Shown here piece after piece: positions 47,786-57,438 of a stretch of 64,000 bases of DNA (its first letter is position 1; the number at the start of each line of letters is the position of its first letter). Under the pieces are notes generated by a model that was given only the letters and a program-made list of their open reading frames with translations, searched no databases and was not told where the DNA came from. The position numbers were made by a program, and so were the translations under genes. The stretch lies in sequence record SRR2962707_648. The stretch is one strand, 5' to 3'.

Positions 47786-48880
47786 ATGAGCAATAAACTG
47801 GACTCAACACCAAAACAAGATGGCTTTCGTATGCCGGGTGAACACGAACCCCAAGAACAGGTTTGGCTTGCTTGGCCAATACGAGGGGATAATTGGCGAG
47901 AGTCTGGTAAACCCGCTCAACAGGCCTTTACCGCAGTGGCTTTGGCCATTGCTCAATCTGCCCAAGTGATTGTCGTAGTGCCTAATAGCCATTACGACAT
48001 TGCCCGCCAATCTCTCGACGAGCACATTCGTGTGCTTGAAATCCCTTATAACGATTGCTGGATGCGCGACATCGGCGGTTCTTATGTGGTGAACAACAAG
48101 GGCGAACGCCGAGCCGTAAGCTGGCAGTTTAATGCGTGGGGAGGCGAGCTGGCTGGCCTGTATTCGCCATGGGATTTAGACGATGCCATGGCGCCTCAAA
48201 TGGCCAACATCACGTGTGACGACTATTACCAAGCGCCGCTTTTCTTAGAAGGCGGTTCCATTCATTGCGATGGCGAAGGCACCCTATACACCACAGAAGA
48301 ATGCTTACTGCACCCTAGCCGTAACCCAGACTTAAGCAAGCAAGAAATCGAGACACTGTTAGACAATTACTTGAGCATCAAAAAAGTAGTTTGGTTAAAA
48401 GACGGTTTGTTTAACGATGAAACCAACGGCCACATAGACAACATTCTGCACGTAATTCGCCCAGGCGTTGTTGCGCTCACTTGGTGTGACGATAAAAACG
48501 ACCCTCAATATGCCATCAGCCGTGCCGCCTATGACGTACTAAGCCAAACGACGGACGCCCAAGGCCGTGCCATTGAGGTCATTAAGCTGCCAATGCCTGG
48601 CCCGCTTTATATGAGCGAAACAGAAAGCCAAGGCATTCAACAAACAGAGACCATGGAACGACACGCAGGAGAGCGATTGGCCGCGTCTTATGCGAACTTT
48701 CTGATTAGTAATCAGAGTGTTATCTTTCCCTTATTGGACACAAAAACCGATCCGCAGGCACAACAGATCCTAGCCAGCGCTTTCCCTAACCATACGCTCA
48801 TTGGGGTACCGGCCAGAGAGATTCTCCTAGGCGGCGGTAACATTCACTGCATCACTCAGCAGGTTCCTAAGCGCCTTTAG
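47786..48880 (+). CDS. aguA: Agmatine deiminase
   Basis: FRMPGE, WMRD, LEGGS, ETNGHID and GGGNIHCITQQ motifs. Confidence 0.95.
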   Translation: MSNKLDSTPKQDGFRMPGEHEPQEQVWLAWPIRGDNWRESGKPAQQAFTAVALAIAQSAQVIVVVPNSHYDIARQSLDEHIRVLEIPYNDCWMRDIGGSYVVNNKGERRAVSWQFNAWGGELAGLYSPWDLDDAMAPQMANITCDDYYQAPLFLEGGSIHCDGEGTLYTTEECLLHPSRNPDLSKQEIETLLDNYLSIKKVVWLKDGLFNDETNGHIDNILHVIRPGVVALTWCDDKNDPQYAISRAAYDVLSQTTDAQGRAIEVIKLPMPGPLYMSETESQGIQQTETMERHAGERLAASYANFLISNQSVIFPLLDTKTDPQAQQILASAFPNHTLIGVPAREILLGGGNIHCITQQVPKRL

Positions 48881-48936
48881 GCACCCTTATGTAGGCAAAG
48901 CATGTCGATAAAAAATGCTTTAAATAGCCTCCATTC

Positions 48937-48982
48937 AAACCATTTCTCAGCGCTCTTTACGGCATTGAGAAATGGTTTTTTT
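48937..48982 (+). terminator. Rho-independent terminator
   Basis: AAACCATTTCTCA/TGAGAAATGGTTT stem with a T-run. Confidence 0.75.
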
Positions 48983-49246
48983 GGTTTAATTGCCCCGTCC
49001 CTTTCAGCCCCATAATTATTATTAAAAAAAAGCGTTTTATAGAGCAATATAATGATTTGTCCCTCCTCTTCTCTGTGCTAATCTCGCAAAAGTCGTTATG
49101 TCATCGTTCGGACATCACGCGTGTTTTGTTAGGCCCTTGTTAGACCAGAGCGACCAAAGAAAGGTCTTTGCTATCGCTCGATTAAACTGATTAGGGTGTT
49201 TTGCTCCTTATTTAAATAATAGCGTTTTACGCCTAGGGTAATATCA

Positions 49247-50218
49247 ATGGATTCCACGTTCACTTTATTGGATTTAGGCTGGCAGCCTTATTTTCAACAA
49301 CAGTTGTCATTGGATGACTTAGAATCTAACCGCATTGCACGTATTTGTTCCCATCAAAACAACACATACGAGTTAATTGACGAATCAGGTTTATTTAACC
49401 TACCAGAGCAATCTGATAGGCCTGATATGACGGTGGGTGATTGGGTCATTACCGATGCTGAACATGTCTTTTTACGTCGTTTAGACCGCACCTCTGTGTT
49501 CGAAAACACCGCAGCAAATGTCGATACTGTGTTTATCGTTTGCGCGTTGGATCACGATTTCAATCTGGGGCTGATCAAGCGCTACCTTGAGTTGGTGCAT
49601 GAAGCCCAAGCCGATGCGGTGGTCATACTCACAAAAGCTGACGCCTGTGAAGATCCTCAGGAAAAACGCGCTCAAGTAGAACGACTAGACCCTATTTTGA
49701 TCGTTGAAACCGTCAATGCATTAGATTCAGACAGCACAGCATGCCTGTCTCCTTGGCTTAAAAAAGGCAAAACCATTGCTTTGCTAGGCACTAAAGGGGC
49801 GGGGAAATCTTCTCTGATCAACACTTTGATGCAGAACGGCGACACTCAATCCGCGAAAATCGGCACATCCAATACCTTACAACCCATGCCCAAAGGGGCG
49901 ATTCTGCTGGATACCCAAGGCCTGCGCGATTTACAAGTTGCCCAATACAATGGCAGTAAAATCGAAAGCTTTGCGGACATTCTATCTCTTGCAGAAGCTT
50001 GCCGATTTAGTGATTGTCAACATCAAGGTGAGCCCGGTTGTGCGATTGCTAAGGCCGTCACCCAAGGCCGTTTGGAAGAAGCCCGAGTGGCCAGTTTTCT
50101 ATTGTTGCGCTCTGCAGAGACTGACGATGACATCAAAGCCAAATCCAAACCTCAGGGGAAATTTTACCGTAGCGCACAATCGGATGTTCGAGCACGCAAA
50201 CACAGCGCCGCCGAATAA
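49247..50218 (+). CDS. RsgA-like circularly permuted GTPase paralog (degenerate)
   Basis: TVGDWV, AANVD, TKAD (G4), GTKGAGKSS (G1), DTQG (G3) and Zn finger CRFSDCQHQGEPGC. Confidence 0.82.
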   Translation: MDSTFTLLDLGWQPYFQQQLSLDDLESNRIARICSHQNNTYELIDESGLFNLPEQSDRPDMTVGDWVITDAEHVFLRRLDRTSVFENTAANVDTVFIVCALDHDFNLGLIKRYLELVHEAQADAVVILTKADACEDPQEKRAQVERLDPILIVETVNALDSDSTACLSPWLKKGKTIALLGTKGAGKSSLINTLMQNGDTQSAKIGTSNTLQPMPKGAILLDTQGLRDLQVAQYNGSKIESFADILSLAEACRFSDCQHQGEPGCAIAKAVTQGRLEEARVASFLLLRSAETDDDIKAKSKPQGKFYRSAQSDVRARKHSAAE

Positions 50219-50248
50219 CACCGCCTCTACAGCACATCAAACCCTCTC

Positions 50249-50286
50249 AAGAGCCATGCTAACCACAGGTTAGCATGGCTCTTTTT
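50249..50286 (+). terminator. Rho-independent terminator
   Basis: AAGAGCCATGCTAACC/GGTTAGCATGGCTCTT stem with a T-run. Confidence 0.8.
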
Positions 50287-50652
50287 ACATCAGGTTTAGC
50301 TCATAGTGCCCTGTTTTTATTATCCATTTTCCGTTTAAAGCCCTGCACACCCACAATGAACGCTCACTTTCTCTAACTTTGCGGCTTTTCCTGCATTTTG
50401 TTGTATCCCCCTATGCGACTTAGGTCTAAATTACGCAGCGTAAAGAAAAGTATAGAATCCGCTAACCATAAAACCGTTAGATATCTCTCATATAAAAAAT
50501 GGCTCGGCATTCAGGCTTTTCTCGGCCGCTAGCAAGGACTCTTCCTTCTTGCGCACCACTTTTCGCCTGCTTTATCCAAACAATAAAGTCCAGCCAACAC
50601 CCGTTTTATGTGCCTTCTATTACCTAATAACAACATTAAAGAAGAATTGAGC

Positions 50653-52179
50653 ATGCAGTTAGATCGAATTAGACACAGTGGCCTACACAGTAAAATCATG
50701 TCCGCCGAACAAGCCAGCGAATTTATTAAAGATGGCATGACCGTCGGTATGAGTGGTTTCACCCGGGCAGGCGAAGCCAAAGCCGTGCCGAAAGCACTGG
50801 CGGAAAGAGTCAAAAAACACCCATTGAAAATCAGCCTAATGACGGGCGCGTCTCTCGGAAACGATTTAGACAAACTCCTAACAGAATCTGGCGCCCTCTC
50901 CCGTCGCATGCCTTTTCAAGTCGACACCACGCTGCGTAAGGCAATCAACAATGGCGAGGTCATGTTTATTGATCAGCACTTATCAGAAACCGTTGAACAA
51001 TTGCGTAACCATCAATTAACGCGACCCGATGTCGCTGTCATTGAAGCGGTCGCCATTACCGAGGAAGGCCATATTGTACCGACTACATCGGTCGGCAATT
51101 CGGCAAGTTTTGCCATTTTTGCCAAACAGGTCATCGTAGAAATCAACCTGTCTCACCAGCCTGAACTCGAAGGCTTGCATGACATTTATATTCCTTCTTA
51201 TCGACCTACTCGCACCCCCGTGCCTTTAACCCAGGTTGACGACAGAATTGGCAGCACAGCCATCCCGATTGATCCGGCTAAAATTGTTGGCATAGTGTTT
51301 ACCAACCAGAGTGACTCTTTCTCCACTGTCACACCGCCAGATGAAGACACAGCAAACATCGCACGCCACTTGGTCAGTTTTTTCGAAAATGAAGTGGCAC
51401 AAGAGCGCATGCCTGCTAATTTAGGGCCTTTGCAAGCTGGCATTGGTAACATTGCCAACGCCGTGATGATGGGGCTACTGGAGTCTGACTTTAAAGACCT
51501 CACCATGTACTCAGAAGTGCTGCAAGATTCAACGTTCGATTTGATCGACGCTGGCAAGCTAAGCTTTGCCTCAGGCTGCTCGATCATTCTTTCTGAGCGC
51601 ATTAACGCACAAGTATTTGATAATTTAGACAAATACCGCGATAAGCTGATATTGCGTCCGCAGGAAATCTCTAACCACCCAGAGATTGCGCGTCGCTTAG
51701 GCATTATTGCCATTAACACCGCCCTTGAGTTTGATATTTACGGCAACGTTAATTCCACCCACGTTTGTGGCACAAGAATGATGAATGGCATCGGCGGCTC
51801 AGGCGATTTTGCTCGCAACGCGCATGTGTCTGTTTTTGTCACCAAATCAATTGCGAAAAACGGCGATATTTCCAGTGTCGTCCCTATGGTCAGCCATGTT
51901 GACCATACCGAGCACGACGTGGATATTTTAGTGACAGAGCAAGGCTTAGCAGACTTACGCGGCTTAGCCCCAAGGGAAAGAGCCATTGAAGTCATTAACC
52001 ATTGCGTGCACCCAGAATACCGTGAAGCCATGCGCGATTACTTTGAACGCGCTTGTCAGCGCGGTGGCCATACACCGCACTTACTAGAAGAAGCATTTAG
52101 CTGGCATACTCGCCTTGAAGAGCAAGGCAGTATGAAAAAAGTGCCACCTGCTGCACCGCCAAAACTGGTTTCGTGCTAG
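50653..52179 (+). CDS. Acetyl-CoA hydrolase / succinyl-CoA:acetate CoA-transferase (ScpC/AarC family)
   Basis: SGFT, DQHLS, LQAGIGN, SEVLQD, GIGGSGDF and VTEQGLADLRGL motifs; start moved to ATG 50653. Confidence 0.92.
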   Translation: MQLDRIRHSGLHSKIMSAEQASEFIKDGMTVGMSGFTRAGEAKAVPKALAERVKKHPLKISLMTGASLGNDLDKLLTESGALSRRMPFQVDTTLRKAINNGEVMFIDQHLSETVEQLRNHQLTRPDVAVIEAVAITEEGHIVPTTSVGNSASFAIFAKQVIVEINLSHQPELEGLHDIYIPSYRPTRTPVPLTQVDDRIGSTAIPIDPAKIVGIVFTNQSDSFSTVTPPDEDTANIARHLVSFFENEVAQERMPANLGPLQAGIGNIANAVMMGLLESDFKDLTMYSEVLQDSTFDLIDAGKLSFASGCSIILSERINAQVFDNLDKYRDKLILRPQEISNHPEIARRLGIIAINTALEFDIYGNVNSTHVCGTRMMNGIGGSGDFARNAHVSVFVTKSIAKNGDISSVVPMVSHVDHTEHDVDILVTEQGLADLRGLAPRERAIEVINHCVHPEYREAMRDYFERACQRGGHTPHLLEEAFSWHTRLEEQGSMKKVPPAAPPKLVSC

Positions 52180-52229
52180 CGAAAAAAACCGCGCGCCTCT
52201 TTGCGCCATCACAACCACAAAGAGCATGA

Positions 52230-52268
52230 AAAAGCCTCGTCATGACGGTTATCCATGGCGAGGCTTTT
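52230..52268. terminator. Bidirectional terminator
   Basis: AAAAGCCTCGTCATG/CATGGCGAGGCTTTT between convergent genes. Confidence 0.72.
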
Positions 52269-52273
52269 ATCGT

Positions 52274-52302
52274 TTTCTAAGCCTTTCTAAGCCTTTCTAA
52301 GC
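52274..52302. repeat. 10-bp tandem repeat, about 3 copies
   Basis: TTTCTAAGCC twice plus TTTCTAAGC. Confidence 0.85.
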
Positions 52303-52371
52303 ACTTTAGCGTGCATTTCTAGACTGGGCTTACTGATAATTGCTTGTTGAGTCTAATAAGCGACAAACACC

Positions 52372-52515
52372 TTAATGGCGCTTCTTTTTCACCCCTTGCG
52401 TCGCTTTAAATCTAGGATTGGATTTGCAAATCACAAATAATCGCCCTTTTCGTTTCACGACCTTGCAATCCGCATTGCGCAATTTTGCACTCTTAAGTGA
52501 GCTAACCACTTTCAT
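52372..52515 (-). CDS. rpmJ2: Ribosomal protein L36 type B (47 aa, not in the ORF track)
   Basis: [55 protein letters not shown] directly after rpmE2. Confidence 0.95.
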   Translation of the reverse strand: MKVVSSLKSAKLRNADCKVVKRKGRLFVICKSNPRFKATQGVKKKRH

Positions 52516-52527
52516 GTATATCTCCCT

Positions 52528-52773
52528 TTACTGCTTACGGCGATAGCGACGTTTAAACTGAGCAATACGCCCTTCGCCGTCGTGAGTTCTTTGCTCGCCT
52601 GTATAAAACGGGTGCGACGCACTAGACACATCGATCGCCATATAAGGGTACTCGTTACCATCATGCTTAATGGTTTGCTCTGTTTTGACCGTTGAGCCAA
52701 TAAAGAAGTAGCGGTCTATTCGAGTGTCATGAAACGCAACGGTACGATAATCTGGGTGCAGTTGTTTTCTCAT
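52528..52773 (-). CDS. rpmE2: Ribosomal protein L31 type B (Cys-free)
   Basis: [11 protein letters not shown] and [12 protein letters not shown] motifs; no Zn-binding Cys. Confidence 0.95.
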   Translation of the reverse strand: MRKQLHPDYRTVAFHDTRIDRYFFIGSTVKTEQTIKHDGNEYPYMAIDVSSASHPFYTGEQRTHDGEGRIAQFKRRYRRKQ

Positions 52774-52783
52774 CATAATCTCC

Positions 52784-52806
52784 AATATGTTATGTTATAA
52801 CATTTT
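52784..52806. promoter_or_regulatory. Zur box
   Basis: ATGTTAT-GTT-ATAACAT with perfect arms, immediately upstream of the rpmE2 RBS. Confidence 0.9.
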
Positions 52807-52887
52807 ATAACGCTTCTAAGACTATATTGCAAACAAAAAAAACGGCCCTTCGAAAAGGACCGTTTATTCATAACCCAAAAGCCGACG

Positions 52888-54225
52888 CTAATAAGGCGTG
52901 TCATTCATCATGGCAACCCATTGCTCAACATGACGTTTAAACTCAGGCATCTTCGCATTAGGAATTTCCTGAAGCGTTGGAATGTCCGTTGTCATGGCAT
53001 TCACCGGCTTGCCGTTCACATGCAATTCATAATGCAAATGGGCGCCCGTGGTACGGCCAGTATTGCCTGATAACGCGATCACTTGCCCACGCTTAACATG
53101 CTGACCTTTTTTCACCAGAATCTTACTAAGGTGCAAAAAGCGCGTGCTGTAAGGACCTAAGTTATCAACATCAAGATATTTACCCGCGTATTTTTGATAA
53201 GCCACTCGTGTCACCACACCGTCGCCAGTTGCCAATACTTTTGTACCGCTCGGTGCAGCCAAATCGGTGCCGTTATGGGGAGACAGGCGCCCAGTAATAG
53301 GGTGACGGCGATTAGGGTTAAATGGCGAACTAATACGGTAATGGATTTTGGTTGGCCAACGTAACAATGCAGGCGTCAAACCATTGCCGTTTTGATCATA
53401 AAAACGCCCATCGGAATGCAAAAAGGCATGGTAGGTTTCGCCTTTAATCGTCAGCTGAATGGCTTCTAGCTGCATTTTTCCGACCGACTCACCGTTTACA
53501 TCACCGGTTTCTACAACCACATCAAAGCTGTCGCCAGCCCGAGGGTCTTTACGGAAATCGATGCGCGTTTTAAACAGATCGCTGATAATCACGATATTTG
53601 CATCAGACAGACCGAGCTTTTTCGCGGATTGATAAAAGCTTCCTGCAATCTTGCCGTGCAAGGCCTCTTGCGAGTAATTGATTGGCAGCGCGTTTTCTTG
53701 ATAGCTATAGCCACCATTATCATGACGCACATAAGAGATGCTTTTACTCGGGTTAATGCGACGGGAAAGACTTTTTAACTTACCCTCATCATCCAATTCA
53801 AAGCTCAGTGTATCGCCTGCTAATAAAGGGTCTAATACCAGGTATTCTTCATCCGCTTCTAAGATGGAATACATCACACTACGAGACAAGCCAAGGCGAT
53901 TAAATATCTTTTCAAGCGTTTCGCCAGACTTGATCACATGATTAATAACGTGCGGCACTGGTGCGGCAGAAACAACACTTTGAAGAGGGTCGGTTGACAG
54001 TAAAGCGCCTTTCGAATCCGTTGTTTTTGCTGCCGGTTGCTCAACAGGCGAGATCTCAGCCTCACTCATTGTACTGTTCGGCAACACATAGGTTTCTGGG
54101 TCTGGGCTCGGTGCGACTAGAGCTCGATAAACCAACATAAGGAGAACAAATACACTTAGAATCAATAGTAGCCAAGCTTTTGGACCAGAAGGAGTCCAGC
54201 GCGAAAGGCGATTTTCAGAAGACAT
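52888..54225 (-). CDS. M23 peptidoglycan DD-endopeptidase (MepM-like)
   Basis: N-terminal TM, LysM-like IKSGETL, and Zn motifs HNGTD and HLHYE. Confidence 0.9.
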   Translation of the reverse strand: MSSENRLSRWTPSGPKAWLLLILSVFVLLMLVYRALVAPSPDPETYVLPNSTMSEAEISPVEQPAAKTTDSKGALLSTDPLQSVVSAAPVPHVINHVIKSGETLEKIFNRLGLSRSVMYSILEADEEYLVLDPLLAGDTLSFELDDEGKLKSLSRRINPSKSISYVRHDNGGYSYQENALPINYSQEALHGKIAGSFYQSAKKLGLSDANIVIISDLFKTRIDFRKDPRAGDSFDVVVETGDVNGESVGKMQLEAIQLTIKGETYHAFLHSDGRFYDQNGNGLTPALLRWPTKIHYRISSPFNPNRRHPITGRLSPHNGTDLAAPSGTKVLATGDGVVTRVAYQKYAGKYLDVDNLGPYSTRFLHLSKILVKKGQHVKRGQVIALSGNTGRTTGAHLHYELHVNGKPVNAMTTDIPTLQEIPNAKMPEFKRHVEQWVAMMNDTPY

Positions 54226-54542
54226 AAAAAAACAACTCGTTAAAACAGAATAAAGCGGCTCTAGCTGAACCATCTAAGCGCCCAAAGCACCATAGACACA
54301 GCCGTATACGGGCTAGATCGTCTTACGCTTTTTTGGAGTGAATACAGTAAGTACCATTAAATTCGTTTGATACGCTAATAAATCAAACGAATTTAATCGC
54401 AATTTTCACTTTCTATACCGCTTTCTATACAGAAATGGGCTTGGGCATGAAAAATAACTGGCGAGAATACGGCATTCTCGCCAGTAAAGAAATCCCTCTG
54501 ATCAATAAAAGGTCAGAGGTAATCACTTAAATAGAGCAAGGC

Positions 54543-56402
54543 TTAAAAGTAATGCAGTAATTGGATCGAGGTATCATTCCAACTTTTTGCTTCATACCAT
54601 GAGTGGGAAGTGCTCAATCGCATCTGCCAATCTGGTGCCAACTGATGCGCCCAAACGCCATTCAGAGTACGACGCTCCGCATTATGAAGATTGATATCGG
54701 TGAGATATTCAAACCCTAGTTGCAGATTGTTTTGCTCGCCATACCAAAGCCATTTAAATTCAGGACCCGCTTCTAAACGGTAACCATCTTGGTAATCGTC
54801 TTCTACCGAGCCACTGCCGTTTAATAGCACAGAGAACATACTTTGACCCACTTCTTGAGTCACACCCGCGCCGCCTTTTAAGCGAAAAACCAGTTCATCA
54901 TCAATGGTATGGTCGCGCAATAAAGACGCATTTACCTGCCACGATTTCGGTGTCACCAAGGCATTTTTAGGAGCCAATGAGCGAATATTAATAAACGAAA
55001 AAGTGTCTATTTCGACGGATTCCGCTTCATCCCATCGCAGACTGCCACTAAACATAGACAGCTCAGCGCCTTTTAAATAGCCTCCCTGCGGGTCCAATAA
55101 ACCATGGTAAGACGGGCGGTATTCTAAAACAGAGTACGCCTTGCTGTCTCTAGAGCCTAACGACAAGCCTAAGCGCTGGGTTTGATGACCTTGATCATCA
55201 CGCAATGCTGGTGGCTTAACAGGCGTAAACACTTCCCCACGCTGGCGCTTACTGCGTAAAGACAAGAGTTTAATGGAACGACCATTCAGGTAACTTGAGG
55301 TAACCTTTTTACGAGCAACCAAATAACGGCTGTATTCATAAGCAATTTCTAAAATCTGCGCCTGATCTTGATCACTGTAGGTGTCTAGCTCAGTCAGATC
55401 CAACTGTTCATTGTCAACCAGCGCTTTTGCCACATCGATGTGTTCATCATCCAATTGATTAAGCATGTTTGACATTCTATTCAGCAACGATGGACGGTAG
55501 CTGGCGTCATCAATCATATTGGCTTTTTTAAGCACGCGCACCGTGTCGGCAGGAATCGCCCAAAGGGAAAACTCATCCGCTAAATTTAAACGCGGGCTGC
55601 TGGCGTCAAGTAAGGTTAATAATTGGTAAGAGCAGTTTTCAGAAAAGAAGTAATACGACATTTGTGTGTTTTGCATTTCCCACACATGGCGCACAAATTG
55701 TTGCACCTCAAACGGCGTCAAGTCGAGTTTGTATTCCCAAATATCACGACTTTCTAAGAAGTTGTATTCTTTTACTTTTTGGTAATAAGGCATTACAGAG
55801 ACAACACCCGGATAACCGCCGGTCAGCCCTTTGTAACTAAACACCAACTGATTATCATCTGGGTCAGCGTTGGCTGCGTAGTTTACTGCGTAATCCAATA
55901 AAGGCGCATCGTTGCCTTTTTTCTTCACCCGAAACAAGGTGTGCCCATACATAGAAGAGGGGCTGTTTAAGTAGGCTGCGGGGAAAATCAAATAAACACT
56001 TTCGCCGTTGATCTGGGCGAACCAAGGGTCAAAGTCTGGGCATTCTATTTGTTGCAGAGGCAAATCAGGTCTTTGTTTTTTAAGCCAGAAAAAACGTGCT
56101 GGATAACGACATTGCGCGGCTTGATTGGTGTCGCTAAGCGTGGGGCCTTGTAAAAAACCCGCCAATGAGGCTTTGAGCTCGGCAGCAGGATCTTGACTTC
56201 CCTCTTTCGCAAGAAAAAAATTCGGATCGTCTATCTGGCTGCCAGTCCCTTTAATAGCACCAACACCATGGTAATGAAGCAAGTCTTGCCACTCTTTTTT
56301 AGCCGCTAGAGTGTCTATTTCAGCGTCGGATAAAGGCAACGCAATGGCGGCAAACAAGGAGGACGATAAAGAGGAAAACAATAAAAAGATTAAAAAGCGC
56401 AT
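54543..56402 (-). CDS. DUF4105 (Lnb N-terminal-like) outer-membrane protein
   Basis: Signal peptide; CRYPAR, SSMYGHT, Y...E.RDIWEY and YYFFSENCSY motifs; beta-strand-rich C-terminus ending in F. Confidence 0.78.
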   Translation of the reverse strand: MRFLIFLLFSSLSSSLFAAIALPLSDAEIDTLAAKKEWQDLLHYHGVGAIKGTGSQIDDPNFFLAKEGSQDPAAELKASLAGFLQGPTLSDTNQAAQCRYPARFFWLKKQRPDLPLQQIECPDFDPWFAQINGESVYLIFPAAYLNSPSSMYGHTLFRVKKKGNDAPLLDYAVNYAANADPDDNQLVFSYKGLTGGYPGVVSVMPYYQKVKEYNFLESRDIWEYKLDLTPFEVQQFVRHVWEMQNTQMSYYFFSENCSYQLLTLLDASSPRLNLADEFSLWAIPADTVRVLKKANMIDDASYRPSLLNRMSNMLNQLDDEHIDVAKALVDNEQLDLTELDTYSDQDQAQILEIAYEYSRYLVARKKVTSSYLNGRSIKLLSLRSKRQRGEVFTPVKPPALRDDQGHQTQRLGLSLGSRDSKAYSVLEYRPSYHGLLDPQGGYLKGAELSMFSGSLRWDEAESVEIDTFSFINIRSLAPKNALVTPKSWQVNASLLRDHTIDDELVFRLKGGAGVTQEVGQSMFSVLLNGSGSVEDDYQDGYRLEAGPEFKWLWYGEQNNLQLGFEYLTDINLHNAERRTLNGVWAHQLAPDWQMRLSTSHSWYEAKSWNDTSIQLLHYF

Positions 56403-56424
56403 AAATATAAAAGCTACCAACAAA

Positions 56425-56453
56425 AAATGAGGGCATATAGAATGCCCTCATTT
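56425..56453 (-). terminator. Stem-loop between the DUF3015 and DUF4105 genes
   Basis: AAATGAGGGCAT/ATGCCCTCATTT with a U-run on the minus strand. Confidence 0.7.
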
Positions 56454-56472
56454 GGTCAAGGTTAATTAGGTA

Positions 56473-56955
56473 TTAACCTAGGTATTTAGACAACTCTTTA
56501 GAACCAGACATAACGGACATGATGCCATCGTATGCTGTTGTTGGGTTCGCTTGTGCGTCTGCAAAAACAGTATCGAAGTGAGATTGCATTTGCTCATTAA
56601 AGACCGCTTTGTCTGCGCCTTTAACGCCCATTAGGTCAGCCAAAGCGCCCAATGTTTCGCCGTTACCTTTTGCCATGTCGATAGCCAAAGGTTCTAGGTT
56701 ATCGTTTAGGAACATAGCAACGCCATCAGCCAATGGGCCATTCGCATCTTCACAACCCAAAGTACCGGATGTCATACCAAATGTTTGGTTACCAGACGTT
56801 CCGTTAGTGGTCGCTGCCATAACGTGTTCGTACCATTCATTTGCATCTTTAAACACAACCGCTGTACCCAAACCACAACCCGCAGGGCCGTTAGAGGCTG
56901 CGAAAGAAGAAACAGAAACAGTAGCAAGTACTGCAGATAAGATAAGTTTTTTCAT
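56473..56955 (-). CDS. DUF3015 family secreted protein
   Basis: Signal peptide; GPAGCGLG, ATTNGTSGNQTFGMTSGTLGC and DMAKGNGE motifs. Confidence 0.85.
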   Translation of the reverse strand: MKKLILSAVLATVSVSSFAASNGPAGCGLGTAVVFKDANEWYEHVMAATTNGTSGNQTFGMTSGTLGCEDANGPLADGVAMFLNDNLEPLAIDMAKGNGETLGALADLMGVKGADKAVFNEQMQSHFDTVFADAQANPTTAYDGIMSVMSGSKELSKYLG

Positions 56956-57368
56956 GATGATTTCCTATAATTCCTTTAATAAGGTCTAGCCAGTGTTCCC
57001 AGATAAAACTGTTTATAACAACTACTTCCGTAGGTAGCGTTTCAATTCCTACTGAAAAGTTACTTAAGCAAAACAGCTGAAGTTAAGGTTATAGGAAGGC
57101 CTCTATCGATGTAAAGAAAAGGTCATTAATAAGCATGAAAAATAAGCATATTTCAAAAATTCAGCCTTTCCATGAACAATTTCCCACAAAAAGCATCATA
57201 AAAATCCATATTTCAAATGCCATTAATAAACAATAGAACGCACCAGTAAGCCTAGCCGAGCGCCTTAATAGCTTGAAAAACCGAGTAACGGTAAGCAACT
57301 TAGCGCCAATGCCTCAATTCACTTTTAAAGCTAAATTGACCAAATATGTAGAGAATGTGTAGCTTTAT

Positions 57369-57387
57369 ATTGATAATGATTATCAAT
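57369..57387. promoter_or_regulatory. Fur box
   Basis: ATTGATAATGATTATCAAT, a near-perfect 7-1-7 inverted repeat about 50 bp upstream of the receptor. Confidence 0.92.
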
Positions 57388-57438
57388 AGCAATATTATTA
57401 GCAATAAATCACATTAATTTACAAAATGAGGCGTTTCC

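Noticed and set aside
52274-52302. 10-bp tandem repeat as a functional element
   Set aside because: Lies next to a terminator between convergent genes; most likely replication slippage.
52888-54540. M23 peptidase as a Zur-regulated ShyB-like gene because it adjoins rpmE2
   Set aside because: No Zur box seen upstream, and a terminator-like hairpin near 52840-52865 separates it from rpmE2.
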